Counted from the stretch's first letter, positions 45,625-59,810 are shown. The stretch is DNA of 64,000 nt from Macrostomum hystrix (GCA_950097015.1 CATNEN010000025.1:124001-188000); one strand, 5' to 3'. A program made the numbers and translations. Notes: generated by a model from the sequence alone, not told the origin.

Positions 45625-48600
45625 TAGTCTCCTATAGATATAGAGATTGATATAGATTCATAGATATAGAGATTGATATAGATTCATAGATGCAGAGATT
45701 GATATAGACTCATAGATGCAGAGATTGATATAGACTCATGGATGCAGAGATTGATATAGACTCATAGATACAGAGATTGATATAGACTCATGGATGCAGA
45801 GATTGATATAGACTCATAGATGCAGAGATTGATATAGACTCATAGATGCAGAGATTGATATAGACTCATAGATACAGAGATTGATATAGACTCATAGATG
45901 CAGAGATTGATATAGACTCATAGATGCAGAGATTGATATAGACTCATAGATGCAGAGATTGATATAGACTCATAGATGCAGAGATTGATATAGACTCATA
46001 GATGCAGAGATTGATATAGACTCATAGATGCAGAGATTGATATAGACTCATGGATGCAGAGATTGATATAGACTCATGGATGCAGAGATTGATATAGACT
46101 CATGGATGCAGAGATTGATATAGACTCATAGATGCAGAGATTGATATAGACTCATAGATGCAGAGATTGATATAGACTCATAGATGCAGAGATTGATATA
46201 GACTCATAGATACAGAGATTGATATAGACTCATAGATGCAGAGATTGATATAGGCTCATAGATGCAGAGATTGATATAGACTCATGGATGCAGAGATTGA
46301 TATAGACTCATAGATGCAGAGATTGATATAGACTCATAGATGCAGAGATTGATATAGATTCATAGATACAGAGATTGATATACACTCATAGATGCAGAGA
46401 TTGATATAGACTCATAGATGCAGAGATTGATATAGACTCATGGATGCAGAGATTGATATAGACTCATGGATGCAGAGATTGATATAGACTCAATAGATAC
46501 AGAGATTGATATAGACTCATAGATGCAGAGATTGATATAGACTCATAGATGCAGAGATTGATATAGACTCATAGATGCAGAGATTGATATAGACTCATAG
46601 ATGCAGAGATTGATATAGACTCATAGATGCAGAGATTGATATAGACTCATAGATACAGAGATTGATATAGACTCATAGATGCAGAGATTGATATAGACTC
46701 ATGGATGCAGAGATTGATATAGACTCATAGATGCAGAGATTGATATAGACTCATAGATGCAGAGATTGATATAGACTCATGGATGCAGAGATTGATATAG
46801 ACTCATAGATGCAGAGATTGATATAGACTCATAGATGCAGAGATTGATATAGACTCATAGATGCAGAGATTGATATAGACTCATGGATGCAGAGATTGAT
46901 ATAGACTCATGGATGCAGAGATTGATATAGACTCATAGATGCAGAGATTGATATAGACTCATAGATACAGAGATTGATATAGACTCATGGATGCAGAGAT
47001 TGATATAGACTCATAGATGCAGAGATTGATATAGACTCATAGATGCAGAGATTGATATAGACTCATAGATACAGAGATTGATATAGACTCATAGATGCAG
47101 AGATTGATATAGACTCATAGATGCAGAGATTGATATAGACTCATAGATACAGAGATTGATATAGACTCATAGATGCAGAGATTGATATAGGCTCATAGAT
47201 GCAGAGATTGATATAGACTCATGGATGCAGAGATTGATATAGACTCATAGATGCAGAGATTGATATAGATTCATAGATACAGAGATTGATATAGACTCAT
47301 AGATGCAGAGATTGATATAGACTCATAGATGCAGAGATTGATATAGACTCATAGATGCAGAGATTGATATAGACTCATGGATGCAGAGATTGATATAGAC
47401 TCATAGATGCAGAGATTGATATAGACTCATAGATGCAGAGATTGATATAGACTCATAGATACAGAGATTGATATAGACTCATGGATGCAGAGATTGATAT
47501 AGACTCATAGATGCAGAGATTGATATAGACTCATAGATGCAGAGATTGATATAGACTCATAGATGCAGAGATTGATATAGACTCATAGATGCAGAGATTG
47601 ATATAGACTCATAGATGCAGAGATTGATATAGGCTCATAGATACAGAGATTGATATAGACTCATAGATGCAGAGATTGATATAGACTCATGGATGCAGAG
47701 ATTGATATAGACTCATAGATGCAGAGATTGATATAGACTCATGGATGCAGAGATTGATATAGACTCATAGATGCAGAGATTGATATAGATTCATAGATGC
47801 AGAGATTGATATAGACTCATAGATGCAGAGATTGATATAGACTCATAGATGCAGAGATTGATATAGACTCATAGATACAGAGATTGATATAGACTCATAG
47901 ATGCAGAGATTGATATAGACTCATAGATGCAGAGATTGATATAGACTCATGGATGCAGAGATTGATATAGACTCATAGATGCAGAGATTGATATAGACTC
48001 ATGGATACAGAGATTGATATAGACTCATAGATACAGAGATTGATATAGACTCATAGATGCAGAGATTGATATAGACTCATAGATGCAGAGATTGATATAG
48101 ACTCATAGATGCAGAGATTGATATAGACTCATGGATGCAGAGATTGATATAGACTCATGGATGCAGAGATTGATATAGACTCATAGATGCAGAGATTGAT
48201 ATAGACTCATGGATGCAGAGATTGATATAGACTCATAGATGCAGAGATTGATATAGACTCATAGATACAGAGATTGATATAGACTCATAGATACAGAGAT
48301 TGATATAGACTCATAGATGCAGAGATTGATATAGGCTCATAGATGCAGAGATTGATATAGACTCATAGATGCAGAGATTGATATAGACTCATAGATACAG
48401 AGATTGATATAGACTCATAGATGCAGAGATTGATATAGGCTCATAGATGCAGAGATTGATATAGACTCATGGATGCAGAGATTGATATAGACTCATAGAT
48501 GCAGAGATTGATATAGATTCATAGATACAGAGATTGATATAGACTCATAGATGCAGAGATTGATATAGACTCATAGATGCAGAGATTGATATAGACTCAT

Positions 48601-49650
48601 GGATGCAGAGATTGATATAGACTCATGGATGCAGAGATTGATATAGACTCATAGATACAGAGATTGATATAGACTCATAGATGCAGAGATTGATATAGAC
48701 TCATAGATGCAGAGATTGATATAGACTCATGGATGCAGAGATTGATATAGACTCATAGATGCAGAGATTGATATAGACTCATAGATGCAGAGATTGATAT
48801 AGACTCATGGATGCAGAGATTGATATAGACTCATAGATGCAGAGATTGATATAGACTCATAGATGCAGAGATTGATATAGACTCATAGATGCAGAGATTG
48901 ATATAGACTCATGGATGCAGAGATTGATATAGACTCATAGATACAGAGATTGATATAGACTCATAGATGCAGAGATTGATATAGACTCATAGATGCAGAG
49001 ATTGATATAGACTCATGGATGCAGAGATTGATATAGACTCATAGATGCAGAGATTGATATAGACTCATAGATGCAGAGATTGATATAGACTCATAGATGC
49101 AGAGATTGATATAGACTCATAGATGCAGAGATTGATATAGACTCATAGATGCAGAGATTGATATAGACTCATGGATGCAGAGATTGATATAGACTCATAG
49201 ATGCAGAGATTGATATAGACTCATAGATGCAGAGATTGATATAGACTCATAGATACAGAGATTGATATAGAGTCATAGATGCAGAGATTGATATAGACTC
49301 ATAGATGCAGAGATTGATATAGACTCATAGATGCAGAGATTGATATAGACTCATGGATGCAGAGATTGATATAGACTCATGGATGCAGAGATTGATATAG
49401 ACTCATAGATGCAGAGATTGATATAGACTCATAGATACAGAGATTGATATAGACTCATAGATGCAGAGATTGATATAGACTCATAGATACAGAGATTGAT
49501 ATAGATTCATAGATGCAGAGATTGATATAGACTCATGGATGCAGAGATTGATATAGACTCATAGATGCAGAGATTGATATAGACTCATAGATGCAGAGAT
49601 TGATATCGACTTATAGATGCAGAGATTGATATAGACACATAGATACAGAG
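45625..49650. repeat. 26-bp satellite (GATGCAGAGATTGATATAGACTCATA)n, about 155 units
   Basis: Highly homogeneous array with few recurrent variants (ATGG, ATAC). Confidence 0.98.
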
Positions 49651-50696
49651 ATTTACAGTCTTACTGACCCCGAGAATAATAGAAATCCATCCAGAGATCA
49701 TGAAACAATGAACCAAGATTTAGGTTTATTTAATTAAACCATGCATAGCAATAGAATTTTTGGAGACAACAGAAAAAATGAAGAGAGAGAACTCTAAGAA
49801 GGCCTAAGAACTTGAGAGACGGATCGGAGAGGAGACAGAACTGAGAGATAGGGAAAGCATGCGATCGGGATAGGGGAAAATGAAGTTGCTGCGAATGAAT
49901 GGGAGGCGCTGGCAGTCCCCCTCGAGCATAAATTTGCGCATTGCAAACAACCAGACACGAGGCGAGCCTTGCCTAATAGAATTTTCCGAGTCGCCACTGG
50001 GACAAGTCAAGTCGAGTTATTTTGGCAGCGAGTCCGAACGCCCAGATACCGCATCTGGATATGATCCGGGTGGAACAGGCTTGAGTGAAGCCAGCACTCG
50101 CTCAAATCAAAGGGAGAGGATGGAGGGTGGCTGCCAGTTGAGGCTGGCCGAAGTCAAAGCCCCGGCTGTAGAATAATTAGACAACCTGCCTGCTTTCGCC
50201 AAGTTTCGATTTTTTTTCTCCGATTGATAAAGCGGGGAAAATAGTTGGGGGGCATCTAATAATTGATTGGCTTAGGTTGGTTAGAGTAGGATCAGGTCTG
50301 TGGGACATTGCGGCCCGCGGTTTTGTAACATGATAAAAAATGGCTTAGCCTCATTGCAGCTGCATAAGAATAGTCTTTTGCTTTTTTGAGGGATAATTTT
50401 TCTGTGAAACAGACGACTCTTGTATTGACTTTCCTGCTGGCTATATTTAGCGCCATTAAATGGGCTAAGGGAGACTTTGAAATAAAGAGGCCTCAAATGC
50501 AACATGGTGCAAGCAATTAGATCTGTAGCCATAAATGGGTCCTTTTGCGGGTTTTAGAGTTCGATCTCTTGTTGCAGTGCACAGCGTATCTATTGCATTC
50601 TCTGGCTAAGGCACGGTTGAGAAAATTATTTCTAAATATGAGTCGAAAGAGAGAAGTCAATACTCTACCTTTGATTGGAAGGAGAGTCAGTCAAGG

Positions 50697-51622
50697 TAGG
50701 AGGATAGTCAGTCTACCTTTGAGTAGGAGGATAGTCAGTCTACCTTTGAGTAGGAGGATAGTCAGTCTACCTTTGAGTAGGAGGATAGTCAGTCTACCTT
50801 TGAGTAGGAGGATAGTCAGTCTACCTTTGAGTAGGAGGATAGTCAGTTTATCTTTGAGTAGGAGGATAGTCAGTCTACCTTTGAGTAGGAGGATAGTCAG
50901 TTTATCTTTGAGTAGGAGGATAGTCAGTCTACCTTTGAGTAGGAGGATAGTCAGTTTATCTTTGAGTAGGAGGATAGTCAGTCTACCTTTGAGTAGGAGG
51001 ATAGTCAGTCTACCTTTGAGTAGGAGGATAGTCAGTCTACCTTTGAGTAGAAGGATAGTCAGTTTATCTTTGAGTAGGAGGATAGTCAGTTTATCTTTGA
51101 GTAGGAGGATAGTCAGTTTATCTTTGAGTAGGAGGATAGTCAGTTTATCTTTGAGTAGGAGGATAGTCAGTCTACCTTTGAGTAGGAGGATAGTCAGTCT
51201 ACCTTTGAGTAGAAGGATAGTCAGTCTACCTTTGAGTAGGAGGATAGTCAGTTTATCTTTGAGTAGGAGGATAGTCAGTCTACCTTTGAGTAGGAGGATA
51301 GTCAGTCTACCTTTGAGTAGGAGGATAGTAAGTTTATCTTTGAGTAGGAGGATAGTCAGTTTATCTTTGAGTAGGAGGATAGTCAGTCTACCTTTGAGTA
51401 GGAGGATAGTCAGTCTACCTTTGAGTAGGAGGTTGGTCAGTCTACCTTTGAGTAGGAGGTTGGTCAGTCTACCTTTGAGTAGGAGGTTGGTCAGTCTACC
51501 TTTGAGTAGGAGGTTGGTCAGTCTACCTTTGAGTAGGAGGTTGGTCAGTCTACCTTTGAGTAGGAGGTTGGTCAGTCTACCTTTGAGTAGGAGGTTGGTC
51601 AGTCTACCTTTGAGTAGGAGGC
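50697..51622. repeat. 27-bp minisatellite (GTAGGAGGATAGTCAGTCTACCTTTGA)n, about 34 units
   Basis: Directly visible; explains the SRRIVSLPL and KGRLTILLL ORFs. Confidence 0.98.
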
Positions 51623-52687
51623 TGGTCATTTTCTTTATAAAAGACCTAGTTAAGTAGGTCACTAACTCCGCACGTTTGAGTTCGGCTTCTCAAAAGATTC
51701 TACGATAATGTTAACTAAAAATGAACAATTTTTTAGCAGAAACTTTTTTAACGGCAGCCCTGGAGTGGAGCGGGGTACCTGGTCTGCCTCAGCAGGCACC
51801 ATATGAGAACAGTTCTCAATATACATTCAGAATTTGAAGCGAAAGTTGAAGTGGCGACTCGATAAAAGAAGAGAATAAAATAGAGACGCTGGAGAACGAG
51901 CGAGCTCTGTTTCCTTAGAAAAAAAGTTGAGAGAAAGTTCTGAGAAGCAATTCTGTCTTTTGCGAGAATGTGCCCTCGCATAGTTCGCATTTGAATACTA
52001 AATGAAAGGTTTATGGTTGCAGCTCGCTCAGCTATAGCTCACTCGTGTGCACCTGATTAACTTCAATTAGCACTCGGTGCCGCCTCCTTGCCCGCGCCCA
52101 TTGCCATCTTCTAGAAGAGTTTATTTCCATAGAACTGCTAGGCAAAGCGCTAGCTGTACTAAAGCGGGCCAACGTGTATTGAGCTGGACTCCCACCTGGA
52201 ATAGCAGGGAATATTGTGTCCCCACAGAGACCAGACACCAATAGTAGTAGCTATGGGAGCTTTCAGAATTGGTCGGTGGCTGTGGCACAATGGCAGAGTT
52301 GAGATGGGCTGGCAGATCAGTCTTCTTCTTGAATTTTGTCTCGGCGCATCGACTTACTACAAAAGCTGTCAATCGGCTGTGCGTGCGTGACAGTCGTGTC
52401 AAATCCTTTGCTGGTTTCGCCGCAAGGGCGCCTGTTTTAATTAACAGCCTCACCAATAGCGCGTTAGACGATTGAGTTTTAAATACAATTAAAGTGAAGA
52501 AAAACATAGTTTAGCTGAGAATGGAGGTGAAAAATTTGGATGGAGACTAGAAAATTGGTTTTAGAACCAGCAAAGTTAACACTCTGTTGCTGTACGGCCT
52601 CAGCCTTGTGTCATTTTATATGTCATTTATATGTCTATGTCATTTTAGATTACATTATCCTTCAAGATTCAATGTCGATACCCCAAT

Positions 52688-53013
52688 CAGTTTGAGTCTT
52701 ATCCCCTCAGTTTGAGTCATATCCCTCAGTTTGAGTCATATCCCCTCAGTTTGAGTGTTATCCCCTCAGTTTGAGTCATATCCCCTCAGTTTGAGTGTTA
52801 TCCCCTCAGTTTGAGTCATATCCCCTCAGTTCGAGTATTATCCCCTCAGTTTGAGTGTTATCCCCTCAGTTTGAGTCATATCCCCTCAGTTTGAGTCATA
52901 TCCCCTCAGTTTGAGTGTTATCCCCTCAGTTTGAGTGTTATCCCCTCAGTTTGAGTGTTATCCCCTCAGTTTGAGTCATATCCCCTCAGTTTGAGTATTA
53001 TCCTCTCAGTTTC
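52688..53013. repeat. 20-bp minisatellite (TCCCCTCAGTTTGAGTCATA / ..GTGTTA)n
   Basis: About 16 units, directly visible. Confidence 0.96.
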
Positions 53014-53054
53014 ATACTTCTTGTGTGATAATACAAGAAAATAACTGATTAAAC

Positions 53055-53325
53055 CGGGCCAGATGTGCAGCTGACAGCACAGCCGCAGCTATTGCGCGGC
53101 GCATCTGAAGGCTGCGTACAGCTGTTCAGTCCATGGACTGGGGCGATGCACACAACCACCCTAAATAAACATAGCTAATGCTGGTACCCATTTAACAACT
53201 GGGTGAACTGAAGCAATGCAGAGTTAAGTGTATTGCTAAATGACACAATTAGTTCCAGTGGAGTCGGGAATCGAACTCCCGACCTTCAAGTCGCAATTCC
53301 GGAGCCCTAACCACTAGGCTACAAA
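53055..53325 (-). mobile_element. SINE family 1, near full length
   Basis: Collinear with 27105-27380. Confidence 0.85.
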
Positions 53326-54022
53326 TCCCTTTTATCATCTACGGATATATAAAACAGGCACACGTACTCAGGCACGGTTGTACAGGGACCCATTAAAATG
53401 GTGTTCGACAACGTCACGGTTTGCAAGCTGTTCCAGAATGCCTATACAAGAACAGGAGTTACTGAAAGCGAGCAGCCCAGTTGTCAATTAAAATCCCACT
53501 TGAGTCTATAATTATAAAAGCACTCAACCTTTACTGCTGAGTCTCCGCATCAGTTTTGGCGCCAGAATTGCGGGGGCCAGCATTCAAAGTGCGCTGCCCA
53601 TTTACCAGCCTATTATTCTCCCTGACTTAGACACCTTCTCAGGGCTGGGCAGGTGTGCGCTTTCTAAGAAATTCCCAGAATCCAGCCTTGGCGGGGGCAG
53701 CACTTTACTTCGGCCACAATGCCTGCCTCTAATGGTACCCAACCCATTGTGTCCGCCTTCGCATCGGAATTTGGGATAATTATCCTAGCAGCGCGTACGC
53801 GGCTGTAGACTGGGCGGGGCTGGGCTAATCTCAGGGCATAAATGCATGGCATGATGGAGCATGAGAAGATAGCTCATGGCAGCTTTAACTGGCAGTCTAA
53901 ACTGCCCTGGCTTGTCTCCATGCTGACATGGCGGGTATCAGTTTTTGAGATCTGGGTGTAGAGGGAAAGTTTCTAATAGCAGCGGGAGTGTGCTTAAAAG
54001 AGATGGGCGAAGGAGGAAAGCA

Positions 54023-54060
<38 letters not shown>

Positions 54061-54062
54061 GC
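54023..54062. repeat. (CTG)n trinucleotide tract
   Basis: Directly visible. Confidence 0.95.
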
Positions 54063-54575
54063 TGCAGTGAAGTGCAATGCTCTCAGGGCCAGGTGAAACT
54101 CTCCAGCTTCTCATTTTGGCTGCGGCTTGAGCTCCTGAGCTCTTCAACTTCCATTAATGCCGGATGCCCCCTCCGTACCTGGCCCATCATTTCTTAGAAA
54201 TCAGCTCTGGCCACCCCCGCCGCAGAGAGCGAGGATCTAGAGCTCTTGATTTTTACTCCAGGTGAAACTGTTGTTGAGCTTTAAATATATCCACCTTGAG
54301 CAGCACTTGAGCTGCCACAATGACCGTTTCAACCTAAAAAATTGCGTTAGAATGAGTAGGTCACGTGTGTGCTCAGCGACCGACAACAGTCTTTGTCTTT
54401 TTCTCCCATCAGACTAAGTGGGAATAAATTTGTTCTAAAGTGAGCTCAATCATTTAGGTTAAGATCTAAAGTGCTCTTTAGTATGAGATCTCGCTTCCTT
54501 GTGTGCAAGGTAGACACTAATCTAAAGAATACTAACGTAAAATAAATCTGATCCGTTACTCACAACACAAGATAT

Positions 54576-54858
54576 GAGATCTCACCCACTCACTCTCAGC
54601 ACAAAGCATGAGATCTCACCCACTCACTCTCAGCAGAAAGCATGAGATCTCACCCACTCACTCTCAGCACAAAGCATGAGATCTCACCCACTCACTCTCA
54701 GCACAAAGCATGAGATCTCACCTACTCACTCTCAGCACAAAGCATGAGATCTCACCCACTCACTCTCAGCAGAAAGCATGAGATCTCACCCACTCACTCT
54801 CAGCACAAAGCATGAGATCTCACCCACTCACTCTCAGCACAAAGCATGAGATCTCACC
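54576..54858. repeat. 34-bp minisatellite (GAGATCTCACCCACTCACTCTCAGCACAAAGCAT)n, about 8 units
   Basis: Directly visible. Confidence 0.96.
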
Positions 54859-55490
54859 GTCATTTAAAGACGGGCTTACCGATGAATATGCCTTGATGGC
54901 GGTTCCCAGCGGCTGAAGCCCTAGCACCTCAAATCCACCTCCCAGTTCCCATCTCGCCCTGACGTTCAGCCTATTATATGTGCTCAGCCAGTCGAAATGA
55001 AGATTTAGCTAGCAAAGCGGTCAAACCGGTGCACTTGAAGAATTCCACATTAATGCCATTAGTGTTATTAACGAGAAATAAAGGCTTAGAATTCTATGTA
55101 AGGCTTAGAAATAGATATATATACTTATAAACGGATTCAACTTATATTAAAGTGCACACAAATATACAATTGATATAGTAACTTGTGGCGGCCCTTTAAT
55201 CTGAGTGGCGAAATTCGCGCCATGCTCACTCCAATAAATTTTAACAAAATAAATAAAATTCTTACTGTTCAGTTCTGTACTAAATCAGACTGGAGTATTT
55301 TACTGCAGACGAGTAATTGGGGTTTGAGAGAGCTCGCGCGATGTCGTGGCATGCCGGGTCCGTCTCGTGATGCCATGCTCAGTTACTTTTCTGACTGACA
55401 CCCTGCTCAAAACTAGATCCGGGGAGCTCAAACTCAGTGCTACTCGGGCAGCAGTTTCTCAAACCGTTGTTGCATTTGTTCTTTTTTTAG

Positions 55491-57355
55491 GTCAAAGTTG
55501 CGTGGCTAGCCCAGATCGCATGGCTCAAACGATTCAAAGGCGAAGAAGATGGGAAGGTGGCTGCTTTGTAGAGCGGGTGGGGCCATGCATTTCATGCTTG
55601 CTTAGTTTTTGTTACTATGCTGTTGCTAGGAAATAACATAAATGTCTGCGTATGTGCGCCACCCCCTCACTGCCAGATAGGAGATTTAACTGTCATAATT
55701 TGATGGCGGCTCATGCTCGACCTCCCACTGCACAAGCTCCATTCTCTGCTCCGACTCACTCTCCTCTTCTCCCACTGCCTGCAGTTCGGATTGTCCGCAC
55801 TCTCGGCTTGTTTCTCTGAAACGCTTGCCTCTAATCTGGCCTCTTCTTTTCTCTTCCCCTTCCTCTCTTTCCCATCCTCTCTTCTCCTTCCTCTCCTCCC
55901 CTTTCCTCTCTACCCTTCATCTCTTCTCTCTCCTCTTTTCCTCATCTTCTCTTCCCCTTCTTCTCTTCCCCATCCTCTCTTTCCCTGCCTCATTTCCTCA
56001 CCCTCTCTTCCTCACCCTCTCTTCCTCACCCTCTCTTCCTCACCCTCTCTTCCTCACCCTCTCTTCCTCACCCTCTCTTCCTCACCCTCTCTTCCTCACC
56101 CTCTCTTCCCCTTCCTCTCTTCCCCTTCCTCTCTTCCCCATCCTCTCTTCCCCTTCCTCTCTTCCGCTTCCTGTCTTCCCTTTCCTCTCTTCCCATTTAT
56201 CTCCTCCCCTTTCCTCTCTTCCCTTTCCTCTCTTCCCCTTCCTCTCTTCCCCTTCCTCTCTTCCCCTTCCTCTCTTCCCCTTCCTCTCTTCCCCTTCCTC
56301 TCTTCCCCTTCCTCTCTTCCCCTTCCTCTCTTCCACTTCCTCTCTTCCCCTTCCTCTCTTCCCCATCCTCTCTTCCTCTTCTCTCTTCCCCTTCCTGTCT
56401 TCTCTTTCCTCTCTTCCCATTTATCTCCTCCCCTTTCCACTCTACCCCTTCCTCTCTTCCCCTTCCTCTCTTCCCCTTCCTCTCTTCCCTATCCTCTCTT
56501 CCTCTTCTCTCTTCCCTTTCCTCTCTTCCCATTTATCTCCTCCCCTTTCCTCTCTTCCCCTTCCTCTCTTCCCCTTCCTTTCTTCCCCTTCCTCTCTTCC
56601 CCATCCTCTCTTCCTCTTCTCTCTTCCCCTTCCTGTCTTCTCTTTCCTCTCTTCCCATTTATCTCCTCCCCTTTCCTCTCTACCCCTTCCTCTCTTCCCC
56701 TTCCTCTCTTCCCCTTCCTCTCTTCCCCATCCTCTCTTCCTCTTCTCTCTTCCCCTTCCTGTCTTCTCTTTCCTCTCTTCCCATTTATCTCCTCCCCTTT
56801 CCTCTCTACCCCTTCCTCTCTTCCCCTTCCTCTCTTCCCCTTACTCTCTTCCCCTTCCTCTCTTCTCCATCCTCTCTTCCTCACCCTCTCTTCTCCTTCC
56901 TCTCCTCCCCTTTCCTCTCTGCCCATTTCTCTCTTCCCCTTCCTCTCTTTCCCTGCCTCTTTTCCTCACCCTCTCTTCCTCACCCTCTCTTCCTCACCCT
57001 CTCTTCCTCACCCTCTCTTCCTCATCCTCTCTTCTCCTTCCTCTCCTCCCCTTTCCTCTCTGCCCATTTTTCTCTTCCCTTCCTCTCTTCCCCTTACTCT
57101 CTTCCCCTTCCTCTCTTCCCCATCCTCTCTTTCCCTGCCTCTTTTCCTCACCCTCTCTTCCTCACCCTCTCTTCCTCTTCTCTCTTCCCCTTCCTGTCTT
57201 CCCTTTCCTCTCTTCCCATTTATCTCCTCCCCTTTCCTCTCTACCCCTTCCTCTCTTCCCCATCCTCTCTTCCCCATCCTCGCTTCCCCATCCTCTCTTC
57301 CCCATCCTCTCTTCCCCATCCTCTCTTTCCCATCCTCTCTTCCCTTTCCGCTCTT
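55491..57355 (+). repeat. About 350-bp repeated module followed by a 1.5-kb polypyrimidine minisatellite
   Basis: Module 55491-55845 aligns by eye with 58235-58500; the tract after it is almost purely C/T (TTCCCC/TTCCTCTC units). Confidence 0.85.
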
Positions 57356-58234
57356 TCGATGCCCCTCCTATTTGAAATCAATCGACTTTGGTCTCTAAAA
57401 ATATGAGCATTTGATTGTTAGTAGGCTCGTACAAACTAACTCCACGCAACTGACCATTAACAGTTTCAGGAGTTGTCTACGATTTTAAATTAGTCGTAGA
57501 GCAAAGAAAAGTCAAATAAAAAAACGCAAACATGCCGCTTAGATAATACGACAGTTATTTAAATAGAATGAGCAAACATTTACTATAAAAATAAATCTAA
57601 ACAGCCCCAATCAATTTTTTTCTGCTTTAGATTGGGCAGACGAGAGCAGTTGAGCTGAGAGCCATTGAGACAGAACCAGGCGGATAGTACAGATCCCTCT
57701 CAGTGATGGCGCCGCGATTAGCGAGTTTGACCTCTGTCACATTCGGCTGAAGCCGCAACCGATTCAATCAATTAAAAAGCTTCTCTCTCTGTGTGTGTGT
57801 TTCCCCAGCTTTGGGGAAAAATGAATCTATAACTATTTAATTTCCTTTCATCTGCACGGTGGATGTGCGCGCGCGCCCGCTGGTGCAATTACTTATTAAC
57901 TTGAGTATATTTTTATACTCGCATTATTGGTAAAAGGTCCAGGCTCTCCATTTCCTGGTTCTCGGCTCTCCCGTCGGACAACTCTCTGGTGCTGCAGAAT
58001 TGGAAGTGGCAACCGGAAGCTCCTTTACCCCCCCCCAGATCTCTTGCACCCGACGCCGCGGTCTCTTAGCTGTGATTGCGGGCCGCTGCGAACTATCAGT
58101 AAACATTCGCATTGCTGCGTGCTGCAGCAGCTGAAAGTTTATTCACTTACCCTACTCCTACGATCGATTGATTGAAAAAGCACGTTATTAACTGAATTTT
58201 CACATTTCAGTTTAGAATAAACCAAACTGTCAAA

Positions 58235-58918
58235 GTCAAAGATGCAGTGGCTCGCCGGATCGCATTGCTCAGACAATTCAAAGGCGAAAATAAGAAAATG
58301 GGAGGTGGCTGCTTTGTCGAGCAGGTTACTATGCTGTTGCTAGGATACAAAAATAAATGTCTAGGTAACCCCGCCTGACTGCCAGAGACCCAGTGCACAA
58401 GCTCCGTTCTATGTTCCGTCTCACTCTCTCCTTCTCCCACTGTCCTCAGTTTGGATTATCTGCACTCTCTAAAATGCTTGCCTCTACTCTGGCCTCTTAT
58501 TTTCTATTCCTCTTCCTCTCTTCCCCTTTCTCTCTTCCCTTCTTCTCTTCCCCATCCTCTCTTCCCCTTCCTCTCTTCCACTTCCTCTCTTCCCCTTCCT
58601 CTCTTCCTCTTCCTCTCTTCCCCTTCCTCTCTTCCCCTTCCTCTCTTCCCCTTCCTCTCTTCCTCTTCCTCTCTTCCCCTTCCTCTCTTCCCCTTCCTCT
58701 CTTCCCCTTCCTCTCTTCCCCTTTCTCTCTTCCACTTCCTCTCTTCCCCTTCCTCTCTTCCTCTTCCTCTCTTCCCCTTCCTCTCTTCCCCTTCCTCTCT
58801 TCCCCTTCCTCTCTTCCCCTTCCTCTCTTCCCCTTCCTCTCTTCCTCTTCCTCTCTTCCCCTTCCTCTCTTCCCCTTCTCCTCTTCCCCTTCCTCTCTTC
58901 CCCTTCCTCTCTCCCCCT
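58235..58918 (+). repeat. Second, diverged copy of the module plus a 0.4-kb polypyrimidine tract
   Basis: Shared blocks GATCGCAT, TTCAAAGGCGAA, GGTGGCTGCTTTGT, ACTATGCTGTTGCTAGG, TGCACAAGCTCC, TTCTCCCACTG, GCTTGCCTCTA, CTGGCCTCTT. Confidence 0.85.
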
Positions 58919-59293
58919 CAATGCCTATTCTACCATCGGTTTTTTGTATTTTTCTATAAACCTGTTTTAAAAGTACTTTTAACTGATACTCTATAGTATC
59001 AGTAGTAATTCCCTAGTAAGTGTCAAAACAAGAGAAGTGTGATTCTCGCTAAAAAAGAATTCACAGTTTTTCTAGCTCTGAACTCCAATCATTATTCTAG
59101 TGAATTTCTCCCGGTAGAATGTCCGAGAAAGATTTTTAAGACAATGAAGACAGCAGTCAGTCCATTTCCTTCATTGGAATTTAAGAATCTATGAATGCTG
59201 GGTCCAGGGCACAGCTGTGACTATGATTCCATTTAGTCCAAGCTGCGTCTCATAATTAACTGCGAAGACGCTGTCAAGACTGCAGCATTAGTT

Positions 59294-59810
59294 CTGCCCT
59301 ACCTGATGGGACTGCCCTACCTGATGGGACTACCCTACCTGATGGTACTGCCCTACCTGATGGGACTGCCCTACCTGATGGGACTGCCCTACCTGATGGG
59401 ACTACCCTACCTGATGGGACTACCCTACCTGATGGGACTGCCCTACCTGATGGGACTGCCCTACCTGATGGGACTGCCCTACCTGATGGGACTGCCCTAC
59501 CTGATGGGACTACCCTACCTGATGGGACTGCCCTACCTGATGGGACTGCCCTACCTGATGGGACTGCCCTACCTGATGGGACTGCCCTACCTGATGGGAC
59601 TGCCCTACCTGATGGGACTGCCCTACCTGATGGTACTGCCCTACCTGATGGGACTGCCCTACCTGATGGGACTACCCTACCTGATGGGACTACCCTACCT
59701 GATGGGACTGCCCTACCTGATGGGACTGCCCTACCTGATGGGACTGCCTACCTGATGGGACTGCCCTACCTGATGGGACTGCCCTACCTCATGATCGGAC
59801 TATCCTACCT
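59294..59810. repeat. 18-bp minisatellite (CTGATGGGACTGCCCTAC)n, about 28 units
   Basis: Directly visible; explains the MGLPYL ORF. Confidence 0.97.
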
